Positions 25,166 through 37,259 of a DNA stretch of 64,000 bases are shown here, in pieces. Source of the DNA: a virus. Position numbers and translations under genes: made by a program. The notes under the pieces were generated by a model. The model searched no databases. It was not told the origin of the DNA and saw only the letters and a list, made by a program, of their open reading frames with translations. Every line of letters starts with the position of its first letter. Positions within the stretch are counted from its first letter, which is position 1. The DNA is taken from positions 3,862 to 67,861 of IMG/VR virus record IMGVR_UViG_3300031555_005802, one strand, 5' to 3'.

Positions 25166-27346
25166 ATGACTATAACAACACAGCAAAAAACTATAAATGA
25201 TAGAATGTCTAATATGCAAGATTTAGCATATTTGTTTAATATGTTTGTATCAGATGAAGACACAAATGATATTAAACAAAAACTTGACAAAATAAATGAT
25301 TCTATTAATGAAAATAGAAAACTAAATCTGCAAGATATATCATTATTAGCTAAATTAAAATCTAATATACAAGAACAAGAACAAATTCAACAAGAGCAAT
25401 CCGACACAAAAAATAAAAATTTGGAAAGATTTGACAATAGAATGGTTCAAGCGGTATTGCCGGATAATCTTGAAGTATCAATTAAAAGAAATAGAGAAGT
25501 TATTACAACAAATGACTCATTTTTAAATAAAAAGTTCTCATGATTAACAGATGCTGTTGGAAGTTTCGAACATACATTTGAAACTTCTAATAGAAACAAA
25601 GAAACTAATTTTTTCGGAAAGGTTTTAAATTATCTATTTTCAATCAGAGGTGCATTGACAGAACCTAAATCATTATTCTGAGTTCAATTGCTTGAACCAC
25701 TAAATAAATTTTGAAACACCTGATTTTTCAAAGAAAAATCAGATTCTGAAAAACAGGTAGATAGATTAGATTCAATTAAAGATATTTTAATACAAAGCTA
25801 TGGATTACAAGCAAAAGATTTTCAATCTAATGATAAGATAACACAACTTATAGGAAAAACACTATCACTTCCTATAACAATGGTAAATGCTTCAAATAAG
25901 TTATTTGATTTCTTTTCAAAAAAAGATAAAAAAGATGATGAAGAACAAGAAGATCAAACAACATTATTATCTAATATCAGAGATTTATTATTTGATGTTC
26001 TTCAATTTAATGAAGATGAAAGAAAACGTTTATTACGCTCCAATGTAAAAGATAAAAAAGAAGATGATGACTATGGTTGACTTAAATCATTATTCGTAGT
26101 TGGAGCCGGAGCTATTGTAGGATATTTTAATGAATTTTTATTAGCATGAAAATCATTCTTTAAGTTTTTCAAATCTATTACGTCAATATTTGGTAAGATA
26201 GTTGCTGTATTTACAGATATAAGTAAAATAACGGAACCATTATCCAAAGGATGAAATTGAATAAAATCATCATTTTCCAAAATAACTGGTATATTTACAG
26301 ATATAAGTAAAATAACGGAACCGCTATCTAAGGGATGAAATTGAATAAAATCATCATTTTCCAAAATAACTGGTATATTTAGTAAGATAGGTAGCTTTTT
26401 TAGTAAAATTGGTGGATTTTTCAGTAAATTAGGAGCAATTAGTAAAATATCAGCATTTATTAAACCAGTATTAGCATTTACAAAAGCAATACCAATTGTA
26501 GGTTGAGTAATAACTGGAATAACTGCTGTATTTGATTTCTTTAAGGGATTTTTTACTACAGAGGGTGATTTTTTTGATAAATTGATAGGTGGATTTAAGG
26601 GATTATTTGATGGTATCGGCGAAGTTATGATAAAGTTACCATTAAATTTACTTGAATGAATAACTGAAAAGGTTGCTGGTATATTTGATATAAAAATGCC
26701 TGAGGGATGATCTGATAAAACATATGAATTTATTAAAAATTTAGGTCATGATATATTAGATTGATTAGTAGCTCCATTTAAAAGTTTATATAACATGATA
26801 TTTGGAGAAGAAAAGAAAAAGGAATCTCCAAAAGAAGAACTTACTGTAATTGAAAACTTTAAGAAATTCTTTTCAGGTTTTTGAGATAATATAACTAAAT
26901 GATTAACTGATAATCCTGTTGCAAAGGGCATAAGTTATCTATGGGAAAAAGTAACAGGTGAACCTTTATTTAGTAATGTTGAAAAATCATCTGAACCTGT
27001 AAAACAGCCAACAGAACAAGTGCTACCTGTTAGTAAAGATGATAAGGCTAGTAATATGTTATCAGCCATTGATACAACAAGAATAAATAACAAAGAAGAA
27101 AAAGAAAAGAAAAAAGAAGAAGAGTTTAGTTTATTAAAAAGCTTATCAGATGGTATAGAAAATATGTCAGATACAATATCATCCGGATTGAATTCCGCTG
27201 TTAATTCAACGACAGCTGCTATGCAGAATGTTTATAATTCAGCAGTTAATATGGTTAGTAGTGGTTCCGATGATAAGCCAAAACAAATACCTGAAGGAAT
27301 TGAAGCTTTAGGTTTGATGCTAAAAAATAATACATGGGGTTTCTAA
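25166..27346 (+). CDS. tape measure protein (gp29-like); TGA=Trp
   Basis: 726-aa frame with amphipathic F/W-periodic repeats and KAIPIVGWVITG. Confidence 0.75.
26208..26381 (+). repeat. 84-bp tandem duplication in the tape measure gene
   Basis: TATTTACAGATATAAGTAAAATAACGGAACC... starts at 26208 and again at 26292. Confidence 0.9.
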
Positions 27347-28395
27347 TGCCAGTAATAGATACAGTAATTAAAAAAGAACCATTACCAAAAGAACCAACGT
27401 TTTCAGACACTGTAAATGCGAAAGTTGATGAATTTAAAACTACTGTAAATACGAAAGTTGAAGAATTTAAAACTGGAGTTTCAAATACATATAATGGAGC
27501 GAAAGGAATAATTAACGATTATTCATCTACTGGTAACAAAAGTTCATCATCTGCTCCATGATTAGCATCTGGAAGTAGTGGAAAATATGTTAATCCTACT
27601 TGTATCAATGATAATGGTACATATCTATGATGTTTTATGACTGCATATGCTAATAATCAAAAAACAGCATTAGCTGCAGCATATTTAGATGGTTCAAATA
27701 AACCGACTCAGGGCTCAGCGATTGCCAGTTTTCAGTTTTTGATGGAAGATAAATTGGATTTAACAATAAATCATGAATGAGATACAGGGACTGATATTAT
27801 AGCTAATGCTGCTCAGAAGTTTGTTGATGCTGCAAATCAATCAAAGCTTGTTCAATTGGGTTCTAGAGCTCCCCAAGCAATTGAAAAAATGATAGAAGAT
27901 AATCAAGCTATTGATCAAAATAATTTTATTGATCAGGTAGGAAGTAGTATTATGAATGCAGCAGCTGCTAGTAGTACTCCAAGATTATCAATGGATGAAT
28001 TAAAATTATTTAAAAGTACTGGTAGACAAAGTGTAACTTTTAATTTTACATTGGGTGTATGAAAATCATCAGGTGGCTCATATGCAGATAAGTTATATAA
28101 TGAAATTGTAATGCCTGTAAAATCTCTTCAATGATGTAGTTCCGCATATAAAAGTTCTGCATTTACAATTGAATATCCCGCTATATTTAATGTTAAAGTT
28201 GGAACAACGAGAAGTTCAAGATATTTATTAGAAATGGAATATGCATTTTTAACTTCAGTGCAGCCGACATTTAATGCTCCATGAGTCGAAGGAATGCCTA
28301 TGACTTGTAATTTAGCATTAACATTTGAAAATCTATTACCTATATATAAACAAACATTTCAATCTGGAGGTTTCAGTGGCCTTAGTAGCTTCTAA
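27346..28395 (+). CDS. baseplate tail-tube cap (gp48-like); TGA=Trp
   Basis: FKSTGRQSVTFNFTL, IEYPAIFNV, LTSVQPTFNAPW..GMPMTCNLALTF. Confidence 0.65.
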
Positions 28396-28409
28396 TAAAT
28401 CATTTTTTA

Positions 28410-28758
28410 ATGAGACACGGAAATGATCTTAAAAAATCAACATTTATTCAAATGTTTAATATATTAAAAGACGAGAAAAATCGGAACTAAATTATTAAAC
28501 ATATGAAAATCATATAAGATTTTATATTCAGATGAATTACTTTGTTATTTTGAATTATATGTTGTTAAAGAAAATGATTGATGAGAAAATATATCATATC
28601 ATGTTTATAATACAGTTGATTACTGATGAGTAATAGCAATGTTTAATAAAACTGAAAATCCATTTGAAGCATTAGTACCAGGCGAAAAGTTATATATATT
28701 AAAGCAAGAATATCTTCAAATAGTATTAAACGACTTAAAGAAAATAAGAGAATTGTAA
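28410..28758 (+). CDS. baseplate wedge LysM protein (gp53-like); 1 CGGA (28482), TGA=Trp
   Basis: YVVKENDWWENISYHVYNTVDYWWVIAMFN...NPFE; both WW pairs are TGATGA. Confidence 0.8.
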
Positions 28759-28761
28759 AAT

Positions 28762-30260
28762 ATGTCAGAACAAGCATTAGATACGAAAAAAGAAATATTT
28801 ACAGTTATATTATCATTTAAAAATGATGCTGTAACATTAAAGAACTCAATGATAAAAGAGTTATATTTTATTGAGGATATATTTTCGCCATGTCTTGTTG
28901 GTAAAATTCATATTATTGATAAGTTTGGTCTTAAAGATAATAATCTATTATCAGGTGGTGAGCTTGTAACTATAATATATGGTATTGAAGCATTAGTTCA
29001 AAAGACATTTTATGTCTATAAAATTAGTTCTATATCTACTAAAAATCCTGGACATAGTCAAAAAGTTGACGAAATAGAAATGTTCTTTGTTGATGTTAGT
29101 TTTCTTATATTTTCTCAAAAACAGATATCATATTCATGAACAAATGTTGGTGGTGATGAAATAATAAGAGATTTGTTAACTGTAATATGTAAATATCCAG
29201 AAACAATGCTTGGTAAATGAGAAAATAGTCGGAGATCAATTCGATTATTATTATTCACCATATTGGTCTGTTATTCAAAATATAAATTATTTGTTACCTA
29301 GAATGTCATCAGGAGACGGAGAAAGTAAAAGATCAGGATTCTTATTTTATAGTTCAACAGAAGATTTAGATAAACAATGCAAATTTAATCTAACAACATT
29401 ACAGACATTATTAAGTCAATCTCAAAATGATATTCTTAAATTAAATGAATATGATGATGGAAAATATTTTTTGTTTAGTACTAATAATATTGAACAAAAT
29501 AAAATGAATAAGATATTGGATTGAACAGTATCTGGTATAGATAAAACATCATTTGCTGTATTACAAGGTGGAAAAGCAATCCGGATTCGATCAAAAGACC
29601 AAAAAACCAATAGAACAAACATATAAATACTCTGATTTAGTAAGTAAAACAATGGTTTTAGGTAATTACACATTATTCAGTGATATAAGTGATGATAGAA
29701 GTTATGTTAAAGTTCTATCTGATGGGAATGCTGAATTATTGGATAATGTTTTTTATGATGAATGAGTTAAAAAATATTGTTTACAGCAAACATTTTCTAT
29801 TACTCTTCAGGGTCATGAAAAGAGATGTTGTGGGAAAATGTTAAATATTCAATGATGCCAGGAAGGGGAAATTAAAGGAAAAAATGCAACTGAATCTGAT
29901 GTTCAGAATGAAAAATATACAGGTGGATTTTTAATAAAAAGTGTTACACATTATTTTAGAACAGGATTATCAGCATATTATCAAAAACTTTCTTTAATAA
30001 AAAATGGATATCAAAATTTAGAAACAAAAAGTCAAGAATGTGTTATGAAACAAGAAGATCAAAGATATAGAAATTCTTTTGATGATAACTCATTCACTAA
30101 TTATGACTGAAATAAAGCTTCAACAACATCATCAGAAGGTTTATTTAACAGACAATCATCTCCAGAAGATTATACAAGCGGATTATTACAAGCAGAAACA
30201 AATGCAGTAGATACAAAAAATCCTATGCAAAAACTTTGAGGATGAATTACAGGTGATTAA
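28762..30260 (+). CDS. baseplate hub-like protein (gp27-like); 2 CGGA (29230, 29582), TGA=Trp
   Basis: IEDIFSPCLVGKIHIID, PYWSVIQNINYL, GFLFY, GGFLIKSVTHYF; ORF-track pieces joined by two +1 steps. Confidence 0.7.
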
Positions 30261-32138
30261 ATGAAAAATAGAATAGATGACTACAATCTATCAACTAATT
30301 TTAGTGGTATATATAGAGGGGTCGTTGAAGATAATCAAGATCCCGAAAAACGTTTAAGATGTAAAGTAAGAATTTTTGGACTTCATACATCAAAATTTGA
30401 AAAAACAGATGGAGAAGGTATACCAACGGACGAACTTCCATGAGCCGAACCAGCTCTTCCATTAACAGGTGGAGGTGCATCAGGCTTTGGAACATTTGGT
30501 GTTCCACTTCAAGGAACTCAAGTATTCGTTTTCTTTGAAGGTGGAAATTTCCTTCAACCTAGATTCTTTGGATGATCACCTACAACAACAATATCTCCAC
30601 CAGCAGCATCAAAAGCCGCAGCAGAAAAAGCAGAAAAAAGTAGACAAGCTGCAGAAGAAAATATTAAAACAAACTGAGATTCAGCTCCGGATAGCATTCC
30701 TGATTCATGTAGACCGGATTTAGCTGGTGCTGTTGCTAGAATGTTTGAAACATCTTGTAGACAACCTGGCTTCGTTTCTTCTGGTAAAGGTGATAAAGGT
30801 GGTGCATCATATGGAATATATCAATTCGCATCTAATGAAGGTGCGGTAGAAGAATTCTATAAATATGGGATGTCCGCTGAAGATAGAAAATATTTTGATG
30901 GCATAAATCCCAGAGATTGAACAAATCCAAATGGAAAATGTGCAACCGCTTGAAAAAAATGATGTACGGAAAATGAAGATAGAGCATTTAATGCTCAAAA
31001 TAACTATATGATGTCAAAGTATTATCCTAAAATGGCTAATGCTTTTAAGGCTCAAACAGGTATAGATCCTAGTAGTAATAGAGCACTTCAGGAAGCTGTC
31101 ATTTCAACAGCAGTACAACATGGTCCTGGAGCATCATATGTATTTTCCGGCTTAAATTCATCAATGTCAACAGAAGAAATGGTTCAAGCCATATATAAAG
31201 ATAGAAGTAACGTAGAAACAAGATTTAAAAGCAGTCCGAATCTTTGAAATGGTTTAAGGAAAAGACTTGGATGTGAGGAACCAAAAATCGTCTTAAGTAT
31301 GCTAGGTTCAGATTCAGTTCCTAAATCAGCTGATGAAGCAGCTGAAAAATTAGTTCAATCAGCTCCAGAAGCACAAGCTCAAAACGAAAAAGAAGTTCAA
31401 TTAGCAGCTTTTAATAATCCAACACCCCCAACATCGGGTTTTCAAGATAAAAGCGGAAAACATCCTCAACCTAATAGAAATGACCAACCTGCTGTTCATA
31501 GAACTGCTCAAGGAAATACAGATGATACTGCATTATGTCATAGACAAAAAAATTTAGAAAAAAATATACCTGGTGTTAATGGTCAAACATGATCTGAACC
31601 GGAACCTCAAGCAGCACCTGTTTATACAAATAATATCGTAACCGCATGTGAAAATGGTGTTATGGTTGAAATGGACAATACCCCTGGTGCTCAGGGTTAT
31701 CGTGTTACACACCCAAGTAACTCATATCAAGAATTCGGTGCGATAGGTAGTATCGTTACAAGAGCTAATACTGATATAACACAAATATCAAAAGTAAATA
31801 CAAATATAAACGTTGGTGGAATGAAAACTGAAACTGTAATGGGTTCAACATTCGAAAAAATAGGCGGAGATCATATTAAAGAAGTAAATTCTGAAAATTA
31901 TAAAATTTTCACAACTCAAACAATATTTGTAGGTACAGGAAAAACTGAAGTTATAGGTGTTCAATATGATTTAAACGTCGTTGGTAAAATGTCTGAAAGA
32001 ATTGCTGGACCTCATTCAATAATATGTACAGCAAATAAAACTGAAAATTATGCTGCTGGAATAGATGTAAAAACATCCATATATTCACTAACAGGTGCTA
32101 TCATAAGAATGACTGCTGGAATGATATATCTAAATTAA
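30261..32138 (+). CDS. baseplate spike (gp5-like): OB fold, lysozyme-like insert, beta-helix; TGA=Trp
   Basis: YRGVVEDNQDPEKRLRCKVRIFGLH, LPWAEP, VFVFFEGG; SSGKGDKGGASYGIYQFAS; EMDNTPG; MIYLN end. Confidence 0.88.
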
Positions 32139-32148
32139 AAGGTGACTT

Positions 32149-33672
32149 ATGGTTAAATTATCTGATACAATAACATTTGATAATATTGATTTAACTTCAA
32201 CAATAGAAAAAAATCTTGCTTATCTTAAATCAATGACTAAACATGCAAATTCTTATATTGTTGATCTAGAAGATAAATGTGCTGGTATTATAGAATCATA
32301 TCGTAATGTTGGTACTGATGAAAAAATTAACAGCTTAGAAGATGATTTTAATAATGGAAATGAAAACATAAATTCAAATATAGAAGATATGAAACTGAAA
32401 GTTCTATCTTCATCTTCTGTAGTCGGAGCATCTGACGCTATAAACACATATTATTCAAATCAACTAAACTCATTAAGATATCTAAAAAATGAATCAGATA
32501 AAACAAATACAATAGATTTACTGTCATTAGATAATTCAACACAAAATAAAGCTTCAAAATTTGCTATGGCTCTAAATTCATATGAAAATGATATAATAAA
32601 TGGATTAAATATATCATCATCATTTAAGGAAGTTGAAAAACTAATTGCTTCACAAATGAATCTTAATTCATTATCAATGTCATCTGAAATGTTAGATAAC
32701 ATAGACATGTGAAATGATGAATTAGAGCATTATAAAGAATTCTTTATGTTAACAGATAACGGTTCATTTGATACTAAACATGTTATGGATACACTTAATA
32801 ACATAAAAATAGAAGATTATGCAAATGGGGAAATGCTAAATAATATAGTACCTGCAAATTATTCATCAGTAATGACAGATATGTTATCTAGTTTAGAAAA
32901 TAGTCTTAAAAATGGTGCTACAGATATAAGTAATTCTGTAACAAATATATTAAATCAACTTCCTGAAAATTTCTCAGAAATGAATCCATTAAAATTGACA
33001 ACTGAATATTCAGCTGTGGTGAATGATTTAATGTCTGAATTAAAATCATTAGAAAGTATAGGAAATCTTCCAACAGACATTATGAATAGTTTAGGAGAAC
33101 TTCCAAATAATATAACTGATATGGTTGATACAATAGCTGGAAATTTATCACTAAATGTTCAAGATGGTTTACATTCACTAGTAAAAGAGTTAAATGTATT
33201 AGATACAAATCAATTAAATTCACTCGTCAATATGACAAATATTTCTGATTCTTTGAAAGCATTACCCAGTTTAGATAATTTGACATCTATGATTGAAATG
33301 GGAGATTTATCATCATTAGGTAATTTTTCAGGAGAATTATCTAATATTGCAAATCAATTAACAAATGTTGCTAATTTACCTGGAAATCTAGGAAATGTAA
33401 TTAATAGTTTACCTGATAACTTCAGTAACATATTAAATGGAATAGGCGGTGTTCCAGGAATTTCAACAATAACTGATTTGACATCTAATATAACAGGTCA
33501 AATTTCAAATATTGCAGGTAATGTTACTGGAATGGTAAACAATATATCCAGTTTAGCTAGTAATGCTTTATCTTCATTAGGTAGTTTAGCTTCATTGGGT
33601 AGTTTTGGAAGTTTATTTGGAAGTGGAAATACAGGTTCACCCGGTCCAGTTGTTCCTCAGTTATTATATTAA
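32149..33672 (+). CDS. low-complexity S/N/L-rich hypothetical protein; one TGA=Trp
   Basis: pieces 32149 and 32746 share a frame across the TGA at 32710. Confidence 0.65.
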
Positions 33673-33684
33673 AGGAGATAAGTT

Positions 33685-34014
33685 GTGATAAATGTAAATA
33701 CAGCATTATATGAGTTGAGTTATGATGATGAAAATGTTATATTGATAGATAAAAGAACAAATGAATTGATAATAAGAGTTTTTTCAGATAATATAAATCA
33801 AGTTAATATTAAAGCTCCAAATTCCGATGTTAATATATCAGCTAAAAATATCAATATGAAAGCTAAGGAATATATTGAGTTTAATTCAGAGCTTCCGGAA
33901 AATATAGCGAGTGTTTTTATTAATACAAATAAAGATGAAGTTGATAAGATAAAACAAGAAAATGCAAAAGTTTTACGTGAAAGTGAGTTAACATTTCTCT
34001 CTGATAAGTTATAA
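33685..34014 (+). CDS. hypothetical protein
   Basis: GGAG RBS, GTG start. Confidence 0.6.
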   Translation: MINVNTALYELSYDDENVILIDKRTNELIIRVFSDNINQVNIKAPNSDVNISAKNINMKAKEYIEFNSELPENIASVFINTNKDEVDKIKQENAKVLRESELTFLSDKL

Positions 34015-34035
34015 TTGTTTTATATGGAGAGAGAA

Positions 34036-34500
34036 ATGAGTGTTCATGACGGCATATTGAAACGAGCAATTAAGGTGGCTGAAGAAAGTCAATATTATCC
34101 TTTTCAAATAGGAGCTCTTGTTTTTAAGGGCTCCAGAATTTTTGCTGAAGGTAAAAATAAGGTTGGAAGTTCTTCTAGAATAAAAAATAGAGATAAGTTT
34201 GTTAAATGCTCTGTTCATGCTGAAGCTGATGTTTTATCTAAATTGTCTAATGATAAAACAAAAGGAGCTTCTCTTATTATTATTAGATTGAATTCCGGAA
34301 CAAAGAAAATGTCAAATGGAAAACCATGTGAATTTTGTCAAAGAATGATATATGAGAAAGGAATAAAGAAAGTTTACGTATCGAATTCTGATGGTAAAAT
34401 TACAGAATATAAAGTTGTTGAACCTAAAGGAAAATTAGTTGTAGATTATGAAAAAAAAGAGCATAGTTATTCCGATAAATTCATACGCAGAATTAGATAA
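34036..34500 (+). CDS. CMP/dCMP deaminase-like zinc protein
   Basis: HAE and PCxxC (KPCEFC) motifs. Confidence 0.8.
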   Translation: MSVHDGILKRAIKVAEESQYYPFQIGALVFKGSRIFAEGKNKVGSSSRIKNRDKFVKCSVHAEADVLSKLSNDKTKGASLIIIRLNSGTKKMSNGKPCEFCQRMIYEKGIKKVYVSNSDGKITEYKVVEPKGKLVVDYEKKEHSYSDKFIRRIR

Positions 34501-34690
34501 ACCTGAATTAATAAGAGTTATAGAAAATAGATTGCCATGTGGAACATATGTTAAATCTATAAAAGGATTCATAATAAATAGAGATTTTATTAGTTATAAT
34601 GACATACATAAAAAGAAAAATAGTGATATAAAACATCTAATAGTTTCTATGGGTCAAGTTGAAGTAAGTTTCACTTATATAGAATATTAA
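34448..34690 (+). CDS. hypothetical protein
   Basis: ORF in operon context. Confidence 0.5.
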   Translation: MKKKSIVIPINSYAELDKPELIRVIENRLPCGTYVKSIKGFIINRDFISYNDIHKKKNSDIKHLIVSMGQVEVSFTYIEY

Positions 34691-34700
34691 GGAGATTTAT

Positions 34701-34904
34701 ATGTTTTATGTTCCTTGTAGGCTTTCTAATAATACCAAAGAATATTTTCTCAGAATTAGAAATGTGGAAGACACATTTAAATTTACACATGCTATTCTTA
34801 ATAATAAAAAAGTTAAAATAGATATGAGAGGAATTCCTGAAAGTTATATTGATCTTTTTATTAGCAAAAGAATAAACAAAACAAACATTCTTGAGGGAAT
34901 TTAA
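34701..34904 (+). CDS. hypothetical protein
   Basis: GGAG RBS, operon context. Confidence 0.5.
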   Translation: MFYVPCRLSNNTKEYFLRIRNVEDTFKFTHAILNNKKVKIDMRGIPESYIDLFISKRINKTNILEGI

Positions 34905-34905
34905 T

Positions 34906-35988
34906 ATGATTAATGATTTCTTTTCTATGTCTGAAGAAGATGAGTTGATTTCTCAACTGAAAAAATATGATGAAGCATATTATCTGGAGGGAAATAATCC
35001 TTTAATATCTGATTTAGAATATGACCAATTTAAAGATAGTGTTAAAAGTAAATATCCAAATAATCCATATTTTCAAGAAGTCGGATTTTCTGTTAAGGGA
35101 GCAAAGGTAAAACATGAATTTATTTTAGGTTCATTAAACAAAGTCAAGGAAGACAATGTCGATAAATGGCTTTCAAAGTTTAATCCAAACGATGAAATTA
35201 TTATAACACCCAAATATGATGGTTTAACTACATATTGTTCACTTAATGATAATAATATTGCATTAGCAACAACAAGAGGAAATGGTATTGAAGGAACGGA
35301 CATTACATTAAAAGTTAAACATTATATTAAAAATTATAATAATAAAGGAATGTTAAAAATTCGTGGAGAAACATTATTACCTGGTGATTTATACTTAGAA
35401 TATAATAAATCAAATAGACGAAATGCAGCTTCTGGAATTTTAGGTAGAGATGAATTAACTAATGAATTAAAAACTTTGGATGTTGTTTTTTATGAATTAA
35501 TTGATTCAGATATTATGTTTGAAACTGAAGAAGAGAGATTGTTATATATAAATGAAGTTTTTCCTAAGAATAATTTGATATATGAAAAGGTAAAGATTTC
35601 GCAGATAAATGCTCAATATTTAATTGATTTATTGAATAGATATAAAACATATTTTAAGGAATATTGTGATTTAGATGGTCTTGTATTGACATTGAATAAA
35701 TCGATGCGTGAGAATGAAAAATATCCAGAGTTAAAGGTTGCATTTAAGCATGGTGATGAAGAGGTAATTGTTGAGGTTGATAAAGTTGTGTGGCAAACAT
35801 CAAGAAATGGACGAGTCGTTCCTGTTGTTGAGTTCAAAAATCCTGCAGAGCTTGACGGTGCTTTAATATCAAGAGCAACGGCATATAATGCTAAATTTAT
35901 TTTAGATAATGAAATACAATCCGGCGTAAAAGTTGTTATATGCAGGTCAGGAAATGTTATTCCTAAGATAAAGCAGGTTATTCATTAA
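34906..35988 (+). CDS. ligA: NAD-dependent DNA ligase, minimal (Ia, adenylation and OB domains)
   Basis: AYY..NPLISDLEYD, KYDG, TRGNGIEGTDIT, RGE, RNAASG, DGLV, RSGNVIPKI then stop. Confidence 0.9.
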   Translation: MINDFFSMSEEDELISQLKKYDEAYYLEGNNPLISDLEYDQFKDSVKSKYPNNPYFQEVGFSVKGAKVKHEFILGSLNKVKEDNVDKWLSKFNPNDEIIITPKYDGLTTYCSLNDNNIALATTRGNGIEGTDITLKVKHYIKNYNNKGMLKIRGETLLPGDLYLEYNKSNRRNAASGILGRDELTNELKTLDVVFYELIDSDIMFETEEERLLYINEVFPKNNLIYEKVKISQINAQYLIDLLNRYKTYFKEYCDLDGLVLTLNKSMRENEKYPELKVAFKHGDEEVIVEVDKVVWQTSRNGRVVPVVEFKNPAELDGALISRATAYNAKFILDNEIQSGVKVVICRSGNVIPKIKQVIH

Positions 35989-36001
35989 AAAGGATGTTTA
36001 T

Positions 36002-36269
36002 ATGTGTGTAGGTTTTAGTTTCTCATTAAATGCAAAATTAAATGACCAATTCAAAGAAGAAATTACAAAATTTGAAGATGATTTAGTTAAAAACCGGTTA
36101 TAATAAAGAAGCTTCATATTTTTATATTGCAAATAAATCTAATGTTGTTGAACTTATTGTTCTATTACAACAATTAATGCTGAAATATGAATGATTCAAA
36201 AACGTTACTTGTTTGAGATATTATCGAATAGACGAACGATGTAATATGCAGGAAATAACAAAATGCTAA
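36002..36269 (+). CDS. small VapD-like protein; 1 CGGT (36095), 1 TGA=Trp
   Basis: DLVKN[G]Y...LLQQLMLKYEWFKNVTCLRYYRIDE resembles the VapD pattern; not in the ORF track. Confidence 0.5.
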
Positions 36270-37111
36270 TAGAAAGATATAACTCAAATAAATCATTAAA
36301 TGTTTTATTTATAGCAGGGGTTCATGGAAATGAGCTCACTGCTATGAATATTTGTAAAAATCTACATATAAAATGTAAGCAAAAATCATATGATAAAGCA
36401 AATATAACTTTTTTGAATTATGTTAATATGTATGGATTAAAAAGATGTGTTAGAGAATGCTACTCCGAAGAAAATTCTGAAGATTTAAATAGGCATCATT
36501 TTGAAAGAAATCATAAACATCCAAGAGATATTATATATGAAGAAATTAATAAACATGACATAATAATAGATATTCATTCATCCCCTTGGATATCTAATTT
36601 TTTCTTGATAAATAATAACTCTAATACAGACATAAATTATTTTATTAATAAAAATATTGGTTATGTAGTAAGAGATAGCGATGCTAAAACGATAAAAAAT
36701 TATTGTTTATCATTAGGTAAATTAGGATTTACATATGAATCTAGCGGTTTACGAATAGTCGATAATGAGTCTTCTAATAGGGGAGTTTGGGATTTATATA
36801 GTATATTGAATGATATAGAAGAGTTTTATGATATTCAAAGTAAAGCTATTAAATTGAGTTTGGATAGGAAAGATTTATTAAGGTCATGTGTATCAACATG
36901 TTCAGGGTTTTTGAGTGATTTTTCAAGGAAAAGTTTATTAGGAAAGCCTGTAATGTCAAATGAAAAGATAATTACGGTTAAAGATTATATTCGTGGATAC
37001 TCGATTGATATGACATCTCCTGCAGATGGAACAATTGTTGAATTTATAGATAGAGATTATGTTAATGAAGGTGATGTTTTATTTTCTGTTCAACCGGATT
37101 TGAAAAAATAA
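36263..37111 (+). CDS. M14-like succinylglutamate desuccinylase/aspartoacylase family peptidase
   Basis: GVHGNE, DLNR, IIDIHS, C-terminal lipoyl-like SPADG...EGDVL. Confidence 0.8.
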   Translation: MLIERYNSNKSLNVLFIAGVHGNELTAMNICKNLHIKCKQKSYDKANITFLNYVNMYGLKRCVRECYSEENSEDLNRHHFERNHKHPRDIIYEEINKHDIIIDIHSSPWISNFFLINNNSNTDINYFINKNIGYVVRDSDAKTIKNYCLSLGKLGFTYESSGLRIVDNESSNRGVWDLYSILNDIEEFYDIQSKAIKLSLDRKDLLRSCVSTCSGFLSDFSRKSLLGKPVMSNEKIITVKDYIRGYSIDMTSPADGTIVEFIDRDYVNEGDVLFSVQPDLKK

Positions 37112-37259
37112 ATAGATATGTAAAATTTTATAAGAATTTCCTCTAAAAGACAAAATTATTTCCGAAAACTCAAGAATAAAGGTTTAATATGTCTTGAGTT
37201 TTCATATTCTGTTGTCTATAAAAAGTTTTCTTTTTAATTAAAACTTATAGGAAAATATA

